A stretch of 15,316 nucleotides of DNA from positions 1-15,316 of the forward strand of contig JASFYO010000012.1 in assembly GCA_045047305.1 (NCBI GenBank), given 5' to 3'. This document shows, one piece after another, positions 9,106 to 15,316 of the stretch. This DNA comes from Planctomycetota bacterium (GTDB lineage Bacteria > Planctomycetota > UBA1135). Position numbers and translations under genes: made by a program. Within the stretch, counting starts at the first letter, position 1; each line of letters begins with the position of its first letter. The notes below the pieces were generated by a model. That model was not told where the DNA came from. It was given only the letters and a program-made list of their open reading frames with translations, and did no database searches.

Positions 9106-9139
9106 GTATGACATCTAACTCTGCCATATCATGTCATAC
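9106..9139. promoter_or_regulatory. Operator-like inverted repeat GTATGACAT-N16-ATGTCATAC between the divergent phosphatase and WYL genes
   Basis: Perfect 9-bp arms at 9106-9114 and 9131-9139. An internal TGCCA (9122-9126) gives TGCCA-N5-TGTCA. The right arm overlaps a TACAAT -10 box (9137-9142). Confidence 0.7.
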
Positions 9140-9148
9140 AATAAGAAT

Positions 9149-10117
9149 ATGTCTGGAACTCGCACGCAATATGCCCGTTGGAAGGCCATCGTTAGCCTTC
9201 TGCAGCAAGGTGGGAAAATAACGGCGGATAGTCTTGCTGTCGACCTAGAAGTTAGCGTACGCACGATCCACCGTGATTTAGAGGTTCTCCGCGATGACTA
9301 TCATGCCCCAATCGAGTTTGACTCTTCCCGGCGCACCTATTTGCTCACTGAGAGCGAGTGGCAACTTCGCCCGGTACAACTCACAGAATCGGAGTTGTTT
9401 CATCTCGTGGTGGCAGCAGGTATGGCCGGCCAGTTTCATGGCACTCCCATCGCCAAAGGGCTCCACCAACTCTTTCATAAATTGGAAGATGTCCTAAAGG
9501 AACCCATCGACCTCGACCCGAATCTTATTGCAGACAAAATTTCTTTCCACGGTGGTCACCCACGCACCATCAGCACCAGTATTTGGCGCACGTTGGTTGG
9601 AGTCTTGCGCAACCATCATGTTGTGCGCCTACACTATCAGGCTGCCGGATATAGTCATCCAGTCATGCGCGTAGTGGAGCCGTTGCACCTTGCCTGCCGT
9701 ATGGGTGACTGGTATTTACTTGCACGTCGTGAAGGTGCAAACGAAACCAGAACCTATGCTTTATCGCGGGTGAAGAGTGCGGAATCCTTACGTAAGTGTT
9801 TCTCCCCAAATCTATCCGACTCCAACCATGTTGCGCGTAAATCCTTTGCCCGGTTCTTTGCCCAGGAGGGAAAGCGAATCAAGATTCGCGTACGTTTTAC
9901 CCCGGCTTCCTCGGAATGGATTCGGGAGCGCACATGGCATCCTGAGCAAACCATCTTGGAGCATAAAGACGGAGGTCTAACCCTAGCTATGCCGGTCGAC
10001 GGCGACAAAGAAGCCCTTTCCTGGGTCTTAGGTTGGGGGTCGCAAGCCAAAGTGTTGGCACCCAAATGGCTAAAGGAACGCGTGCAAAAAGAGGCAAGGG
10101 CGATGGCACGCTCCTAG
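9149..10117 (+). CDS. WYL-domain transcriptional regulator (wHTH-WYL-WCX, YafY/PafC/DriD-like)
   Basis: HTH ITADSLAVDLEVSVRTIHRDLEVL, WYL motif VEPLHL...GDWYLLA...RTYALSRV and WCX motif WHPEQ...WVLGWGSQAKVLAPKWL. ATG 9149 is preferred over 9131 because 9131 lies inside the palindrome and 9149 is 6 nt after TACAAT. Confidence 0.93.
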   Translation: MSGTRTQYARWKAIVSLLQQGGKITADSLAVDLEVSVRTIHRDLEVLRDDYHAPIEFDSSRRTYLLTESEWQLRPVQLTESELFHLVVAAGMAGQFHGTPIAKGLHQLFHKLEDVLKEPIDLDPNLIADKISFHGGHPRTISTSIWRTLVGVLRNHHVVRLHYQAAGYSHPVMRVVEPLHLACRMGDWYLLARREGANETRTYALSRVKSAESLRKCFSPNLSDSNHVARKSFARFFAQEGKRIKIRVRFTPASSEWIRERTWHPEQTILEHKDGGLTLAMPVDGDKEALSWVLGWGSQAKVLAPKWLKERVQKEARAMARS

Positions 10118-10149
10118 CGCTAACACCAGCTTCTCCTAGTGTGAATCCG

Positions 10150-10221
10150 GGGGCAAGCCACTCACGCCAAGCCTCGAAAATCATCACCATGGCGAGTGTA
10201 TCGAGCTCGCAGTACATCAGG
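10150..10221 (-). repeat. 72-bp copy of the DUF2779 3' region (direct repeat with 11823-11894)
   Basis: 71/72 identity by manual alignment. The single difference (10194 G vs 11867 A) is synonymous (Leu CTC/CTT). Confidence 0.95.
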
Positions 10222-10223
10222 TG

Positions 10224-10270
10224 ATGGCTGCATATTCGGTTTCATTAACTTTGAATGCCTTTTGGCTGTG
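10224..10270 (-). pseudogene. Decayed fragment of the DUF2130 5' end (copy of 15111-15157)
   Basis: 41/47 identity, including a 20-nt exact run AACTTTGAATGCCTTTTGGC. It translates to HSQKAFKVNETEYAAI versus [16 protein letters not shown] in the intact gene. Confidence 0.85.
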
Positions 10271-10290
10271 AGCCATCAGCGACTACGACT

Positions 10291-11352
10291 TCAAGACTGC
10301 CCATAATCTAAACTCTCCAACCGTGCCGCAATGGCTTCGGGGCTTGGCAACTGGTCACGATAATCCTCCGGGAGCTGCGGCACTACGGAATAACTTGCCA
10401 CCCCAATGGCTCGGCCCGCGGTTCGGAGCGCATACTCCACAATGGTTTTGTTTTTGTTACGACAAACAATGATGCCGATGGGAGGATTTTCGCCGTCAAG
10501 CCTCTCTTGCGTATCGAGTGCTTCCAAGTAAAACTCCATCTTCCCTTTGTGCTCGGGCTTAAAATCGCCAATCTTCAACTCCACAGCTACAAGGCAGCGT
10601 AATCTCCGATGGAAGAGTAGGAGGTCAATGTAATACTCCTGCCCTCCCACCTCAAGGTGGTACTGACTGCCGACAAAGGCGAAATCTCCGCCTAGTTCGG
10701 TGAGGAAACTGCGCAGGCTTCCGACCAAGGCCCGTTCCAACTCGCGCTCGGAGTGTTGCTCGGCTAACTCCAAAAACTCAATGGTGTAGTGGTCCTTGAC
10801 CGCCAAGAGAGCTTGGGCTTGAAGGTCCTCCGGCAGCACTTTCTCAAAGCTGCTTTGACTGAGCAGGTATTTCTCGTAGGTTTTGTTGTCGAGCTGGTGT
10901 TTCAGGACTGCTTTTGTCCAGCCATTCCTGGCAGCTGCGCGAAGATAAAACTCGCGCTCCAAGGCAGTCTTGCACCGCCACATGATGGCTAGATTCTTAC
11001 TCCATCCGATTTCTGCAACCAGTGGTTGCAGTTTTGGAATCTCCATATAGGTCTTATATAAATCCTTCATTGCCCACAAGTTACGCGCAGAGAACCCGTT
11101 CCTCCCGGGGAATTCCGCCTGCAAATCCTTCGCCAGAGTCTCCACCACAGCCTTGCCCCAACCAAGCCGTTCTTGCTTCTTCTGAAGCGCTTTTCCAATC
11201 TCCCAATACAACGCCACCAACTCGCGATTCACCGCGCGCATCGCCTCTAGCTGATGCGAACGAATGCTCCTCTTGATCACATGCAAGAAGCGCCCGTAGT
11301 CTTGATTTTCACTGTCACTCACAATCTTCGGGGAGCCAAATCGGTGGCTCAA
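10291..11352 (-). CDS. DUF1016/YhcG-family PD-(D/E)xK nuclease-domain protein
   Basis: N-terminal VNRELVALYWEIG, GWGKAVVETLAKDL and GFSARNL. C-terminal FLTELGGDFAFVGSQ, YYIDLLLFHRRLRCLVAVELKIGDFKPEHKGKMEFYL and ENPPIGIIVC. The TTG start is uncertain. Confidence 0.93.
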   Translation of the reverse strand: MSHRFGSPKIVSDSENQDYGRFLHVIKRSIRSHQLEAMRAVNRELVALYWEIGKALQKKQERLGWGKAVVETLAKDLQAEFPGRNGFSARNLWAMKDLYKTYMEIPKLQPLVAEIGWSKNLAIMWRCKTALEREFYLRAAARNGWTKAVLKHQLDNKTYEKYLLSQSSFEKVLPEDLQAQALLAVKDHYTIEFLELAEQHSERELERALVGSLRSFLTELGGDFAFVGSQYHLEVGGQEYYIDLLLFHRRLRCLVAVELKIGDFKPEHKGKMEFYLEALDTQERLDGENPPIGIIVCRNKNKTIVEYALRTAGRAIGVASYSVVPQLPEDYRDQLPSPEAIAARLESLDYGQS

Positions 11353-11450
11353 CTACGTAGACGAAGTGCCTTGTCGGCGACACGCTCAATTTGGTTCGAT
11401 TACAAACATATGCATCGCCCCAAGCGTGGCTGTTTAGGACATTTGCCCCC

Positions 11451-11786
11451 TTAACTAATACATTGCATAGCATCAGGGTCGCGTCCTAAGGTCCCCTTCT
11501 TACATTTAGGACAAGGCTTGCCAAAAAGCTGAGCGTCGGGGCAGAGATCCTCACTATCGCAGCGTGGGCAGTTCAGAGTGGCTTCGCGGGTGTCGTTTCG
11601 TATGCGGCGGGCGCAACTCAAGCACGTATAGCGGTGAATGCTGTACAGGCACGAATAGGGTTCCGAGCTGGGGTGATAGCCATAAACCTTCTTACCCTTT
11701 TCATCGAGGTTATAGGGTTTGCCTTCATCCCAACCGCCGGCGCGGAAGGAGCAGTGACTACAGATGATGGAATAGGACGATGCCAT
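11451..11786 (-). CDS. Small Cys-rich double zinc-ribbon protein (111 aa)
   Basis: Four CxxC pairs (CSHC, CLSC, CPRC, CPKC). ATG 11786 lies 2 nt after the DUF2779 stop. Confidence 0.75.
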   Translation of the reverse strand: MASSYSIICSHCSFRAGGWDEGKPYNLDEKGKKVYGYHPSSEPYSCLYSIHRYTCLSCARRIRNDTREATLNCPRCDSEDLCPDAQLFGKPCPKCKKGTLGRDPDAMQCIS

Positions 11787-11788
11787 GA

Positions 11789-13831
11789 TTATGTATGGAG
11801 TTTCTTTGTGGGAGTGAGAACAGGGGCAAGCCACTCACGCCAAGCCTCGAAAATCATCACCATGGCAAGTGTATCGAGCTCGCAGTACATCAGGAGCATG
11901 GCGCGTAGGTGTTCGCGCTCCTTTTCATTCATCTCCGTGAACTGCATACGCATGAAGGCGGTCATGGCGGCGCCACCGTTGTTGAGAGCACTGCCGCCTT
12001 CCGCATTGCCGTCCTGACTCAAAAGCAGAGCGCGATCCTTGGCGCTAAAGCCTTCAAACATGGTGGGCAGCAGCTTGTAGGGATCCCAATACTCACCGTG
12101 CTCTTGCTTCAGCCACACCTGATCGTTGAAGTTTAAGCTGTGGACGGGATTCTGATACTTCTGCTGCAGAAAAACCGAGCTGTTCAACACGGCCGGCAAT
12201 ACTTGCTTAATAGAGTTCGATCCCCCCATGCGCGGATCGAAGTAGTACTTCTTGACCATTACCAGCAAGTCCACCATATCGCGTGGACCAGCACTCCACG
12301 CATCGCCGTCGGATTTAGTTGGGTGGGTGATGGACTCGATAAAGGCCATGAGTTCTTCGGCATCTGCATGCTCCTTGCGCTGCCGCAGAAGCTGCCGACG
12401 GATTCCACATAGCACCGTGTTCTCGTGCGGAGCGTAGCGGAAAATGGTGCCATCGTCCTGTTCCAAGTCTTGCTTTAGCGCGCGCACAAAGTCAAAGTTT
12501 GGAAAGGCGCCGCGTTGGTGCTCGATGTACTGCCCTACGTGCTCCACCGTGCCATCCTCCTGCACCACATGATGCGAAAACTGAAAGGCAAGCACTTCAT
12601 AAGGATGACAGCCCTGGTGCATGGGGATGGCCGGCGACATGGTTTCGAAATCGATGAAGTGGAGCGGGTACTTCCAACTCTCCATTTCAGCCCGGAGTTC
12701 GCTGCGCAGTTCATGCGTGGCCTCCTGGTCTTGGCTTTTCCGCACCTGCAACCACTGACGTTGCTTGGTTTCCATGGGACCGCCGAGCGAGGATGGGTTA
12801 TCAAAGTCCTCGGCACCTAAATCTGCAAGGAAAGGACGCCGTTCCTCAAGCCATTTGTTTTTACTGCGGCAGTTCCAAACTTCCAGAATGGTTGGCTTAT
12901 CAAAATCCGCACTGGTTAAATCAAATGCCTTCCGCCAACATTCACGAAACCCCGACTTCTTGCCATCGGCCAGTTCCTCGGGTGCAGCCTGAAACTGACA
13001 ACTAGCGCAAGCCGACGTTGGAGCCGCCCAAATGCGTTCATCGTTCTCATACTTCTGCGCGAGATGCGCAATCCAATCGTGAAAACCCCAAGCATCTCCA
13101 GGGCCGTAACGACATTGCTCGTGCACGACTTCAAGACTGCGCTCCAAAGGCACGGCGACCAGCAAACCGCTTTCCGATTCCGCTTGGTTCAAGGGCGCAG
13201 TGATGACGCATTCGGAACGCCCCGATGCATCACGCTGAAGCAAAAACTTTTGGTGCAAGCCATCGCTCGGGCAAGTGGCCTGCTTGTTGATGAGCATGAG
13301 GAAAGGTTGCACCTTCCATTCCGGATGCGCGCCGGAAAGTACATGATGCTGAAAGATTGCATCCTCCACGTATGGCCGCCACTTTCCAGTCAGAGCAGTA
13401 CCTTTCGCGTTGAAGAACTGATCTTCACTGGATCCACTGCACGATTTCGCCTTCACTTCCAGTAGTTGAATCGAGTTACCCTGCTTAATCAACACATCGA
13501 CGCGCACGAACAGACCTTCGAACAAAAACGCAGGTTCGAATAGGACGACGTTTTCCTGTTCCAGCAATGCGGCAGTCTTGCGCAAGGATATTTCGTAATC
13601 GAGCTCCTCGATATCGTGACCCTGCGGATACATAGCCTTGGCCAGCTCCCCCACCTGGAATCCACCTTCAGCAAGTGCGGCGAGGAATTCATCGTCGAAG
13701 CTCTTGTCTAGATAGACCTCCTTCTTCGCGGTGTAGAACAACTTGGCTGGACATTCATTGGCCAGCTTGAAGCGTGATTTTGTTAGGTATCGGGGCTTGG
13801 GGGTTTGCATGGGGGTGTCTTGCGAGGCCAT
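11789..13831 (-). CDS. DUF2779 domain-containing protein; predicted Cas4/RecB-like nuclease plus RNase H/DEDD-like domain
   Basis: N-terminal half has LTKSRFKLANECPAKLFY, RVDVL...LLEVKAKS and CASC...ECW. C-terminal half has YPLHFIDFET, FQFSHH, DLL, SNSIKQVLPA and LLMYCELDTLAMV. Confidence 0.88.
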   Translation of the reverse strand: MASQDTPMQTPKPRYLTKSRFKLANECPAKLFYTAKKEVYLDKSFDDEFLAALAEGGFQVGELAKAMYPQGHDIEELDYEISLRKTAALLEQENVVLFEPAFLFEGLFVRVDVLIKQGNSIQLLEVKAKSCSGSSEDQFFNAKGTALTGKWRPYVEDAIFQHHVLSGAHPEWKVQPFLMLINKQATCPSDGLHQKFLLQRDASGRSECVITAPLNQAESESGLLVAVPLERSLEVVHEQCRYGPGDAWGFHDWIAHLAQKYENDERIWAAPTSACASCQFQAAPEELADGKKSGFRECWRKAFDLTSADFDKPTILEVWNCRSKNKWLEERRPFLADLGAEDFDNPSSLGGPMETKQRQWLQVRKSQDQEATHELRSELRAEMESWKYPLHFIDFETMSPAIPMHQGCHPYEVLAFQFSHHVVQEDGTVEHVGQYIEHQRGAFPNFDFVRALKQDLEQDDGTIFRYAPHENTVLCGIRRQLLRQRKEHADAEELMAFIESITHPTKSDGDAWSAGPRDMVDLLVMVKKYYFDPRMGGSNSIKQVLPAVLNSSVFLQQKYQNPVHSLNFNDQVWLKQEHGEYWDPYKLLPTMFEGFSAKDRALLLSQDGNAEGGSALNNGGAAMTAFMRMQFTEMNEKEREHLRAMLLMYCELDTLAMVMIFEAWREWLAPVLTPTKKLHT
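11823..11894 (-). repeat. Source copy of the 72-bp repeat, inside the DUF2779 3' end
   Basis: Matches 10150-10221 at 71/72. Confidence 0.95.
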
Positions 13832-13834
13832 GCC

Positions 13835-15178
13835 TCATTCAGCATCCAACGACTCTTGAGGATCCAACTCCTCAAACTTAGCCGCCATCGTAGGATTACG
13901 CCGTGTGAGCTTCTTAATCGTTACGTCTTGCGCTTTGTCGTTTGCAAGACGAAGTTGGCGGTCCGTTCCTAGCAAGGCCTCCTTGGTCTTCTGCAGATGA
14001 TCGATGGACTTATCAATCTCATCGATTGCTTTTTGGAATTTCCTTGAGGCCAGCTCGTAGTTCTTGCCGAATGCGGTTTTAAACTTATCCAGGTCACTTT
14101 CGAAGGTTGTAATGTCCACATTCTGCGCCTTCACCAGCGCAAGCTCGGTCTTGTATTCCAGTGACTTCATAGCCGCATTACGCAGCAGCGTAATGATTGG
14201 AATAAAGAACTGCGGCCGAATGATATACATCTTGGGAAAGCGATGGGACACGTCCACAATCCCAGAGTTGTAGAGCTCACTGTCAGGTTCGAGCAAAGAA
14301 ACTAACACCGCGTACTCGCACCCCTTCTCGTTTCGATCCTTGTCGAGCTCTTTCAAAAAGTCTTCGTTCTTCTTCTTCGTTGCGGTGGTATCGCTTTCGT
14401 TCTTCATTTCAAACATGACTGAAACGATCTCGGTACCTGCTTCATCCGAATCGCGGAAAATGTAGTCGCCCTTGCTACCCGTCCTTGCATCGTTGTCCTT
14501 CTCAAAATAGGCCCGTGGAAACGCGGTTGCTCGAATCCGATTAAACTCCGTCTCGCAGTGTATTTCGAGGGTTTCCCCCACCATCTTGGTCGACAGCCGA
14601 GCCTTCATTTCGCGAAGGCGCTCAATCGCGTCGTCACGATCCTTGATTTGAGTCTCGTACTTATCCTTGAGTGACTTCTCGGCGAGCTCTTTTTCAAGTT
14701 CTGCTTTTTCAAGCCCACTCTTCCATGCGTCGCGTTCCTTCTCGACCTTGCCGACGGCCTCGCTCATGGCAAGTTTCTGCGCAACCTCTTGCGCAACGAG
14801 CTCGGCCGCAACTAACTTCGAAGCCGCTTGTTTATCTTGCTCCGCCTGCTCCAGTTCATGAGTAAGCGCGTCGCGTTCTTTCTCTACTGCGCTCAATGCC
14901 TCGGTCACAGCAAGTTGCCGCGCGACCTCACCGGCATCTAGCTTTGCTTGCAATGCTTGGATTTCAGCATCCTTGGCTGCAGCAACCTTCTGCATATCGC
15001 TACCCGCCTTGTTCTCGGCAAGTTCCACCGCAGATTGCTTTTCCTTCTCGGCCAATTCAAGTCGGTCATGCAATTGCTGATCGAACTCGCTATCGCGAAC
15101 CTGTTTCAGGATGTCTGCATATCCGGCTTCGTCAACTTTGAATGCCTTTTGGCAGTGGGGGCAGATGATTTCATTCAT
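13835..15178 (-). CDS. DUF2130 domain-containing coiled-coil protein with a PD-(D/E)xK-like core (447 aa)
   Basis: Family-typical start [29 protein letters not shown] and a long coiled coil. Core motifs [40 protein letters not shown] and [15 protein letters not shown]. The stop lies 3 nt before the DUF2779 ATG. Confidence 0.9.
   Translation of the reverse strand: MNEIICPHCQKAFKVDEAGYADILKQVRDSEFDQQLHDRLELAEKEKQSAVELAENKAGSDMQKVAAAKDAEIQALQAKLDAGEVARQLAVTEALSAVEKERDALTHELEQAEQDKQAASKLVAAELVAQEVAQKLAMSEAVGKVEKERDAWKSGLEKAELEKELAEKSLKDKYETQIKDRDDAIERLREMKARLSTKMVGETLEIHCETEFNRIRATAFPRAYFEKDNDARTGSKGDYIFRDSDEAGTEIVSVMFEMKNESDTTATKKKNEDFLKELDKDRNEKGCEYAVLVSLLEPDSELYNSGIVDVSHRFPKMYIIRPQFFIPIITLLRNAAMKSLEYKTELALVKAQNVDITTFESDLDKFKTAFGKNYELASRKFQKAIDEIDKSIDHLQKTKEALLGTDRQLRLANDKAQDVTIKKLTRRNPTMAAKFEELDPQESLDAE
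14727..14929 (-). repeat. Internal 141-bp (47-aa) period repeat in the DUF2130 coiled coil
   Basis: [21 protein letters not shown] versus [32 protein letters not shown] occurs at 14727 and 14868. Confidence 0.75.
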
Positions 15179-15316
15179 ATCAAATTCTTTCTTTACAGGA
15201 GGTTCGTGGGCACATGGGATGCGGTTATTCGGCCGACGAGGCGCAACATCGGTCACCAACTATAGACCTTAGGCTCGAGGTCTGCCATTTAACGTCATAG
15301 AACTTCACAAAGGTGC

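Noticed and set aside
9987..10217. 76-aa ORF MYCELDTLAMV... as a genuine gene
   Set aside because: It is a copied DUF2779 fragment, and more than half of it runs antisense into the WYL gene. It is treated as part of the chimera.
10118..10290. CRISPR mini-array with self-targeting spacers
   Set aside because: No direct repeats separate the two gene-derived segments, and there are no cas1/cas2 or effector genes.
11787..11834. Upstream GTG start for the Zn-ribbon ORF
   Set aside because: It would overlap DUF2779 by 46 nt. ATG 11786, right after the stop, is more plausible.
10150..11894. Diversity-generating retroelement TR/VR pair
   Set aside because: The repeat is at a gene 3' end, but there is only one synonymous mismatch, no pattern of adenine-specific variation and no reverse transcriptase in the window.
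15179..15259. 27-aa N-terminal extension of DUF2130
   Set aside because: The family-typical start MNEIICPHC begins at ATG 15178.
15264..15283. AGACCT-N8-AGGTCT inverted repeat
   Set aside because: The 6-bp arms lie near the window edge and cannot be distinguished from chance or assigned a function.
6938..15316. Integron cassette array (RYYYAAC/GTTRRRY 7-mers at 6939, 11347 and 15287)
   Set aside because: Only isolated core-site matches were found. I could not pair them into attC hairpins, gene junctions are 2-3 nt, and there is no intI. IntegronFinder on the wider contig would settle it.

Overview
Bacterial DNA. The gene content is compatible with Planctomycetota, but that is inference. The left part (1-6937) holds a partial secreted DUF4838 protein missed by the ORF track, a divergent lipoprotein cytochrome c, and a tightly coupled three-gene unit. 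That unit encodes a degenerate ECF-sigma-like/TPR protein, a small secreted Gly-rich peptide, and a ~1020-aa membrane-anchored carboxypeptidase-regulatory-like repeat protein. The right part (~6940-15316) looks like a conflict/defence island. A WYL regulator sits divergent from an operon encoding a HCX5R phosphatase and an ADP-ribosylglycohydrolase with an extra Zn-binding domain, with a perfect 9-bp operator-like palindrome between them. A minus-strand run of nuclease-type genes follows: DUF2130, DUF2779 (Cas4/RecB-like plus DEDD-like), a double Zn ribbon, and DUF1016/YhcG. The most unusual element is a ~120-bp chimera at 10150-10270. It fuses a 71/72 copy of the DUF2779 3' end to a 41/47 copy of the DUF2130 5' end at a shared microhomology. 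No tRNA, rRNA, CRISPR array, integrase or transposase was seen. All family calls come from motif recognition by eye, not database searches.
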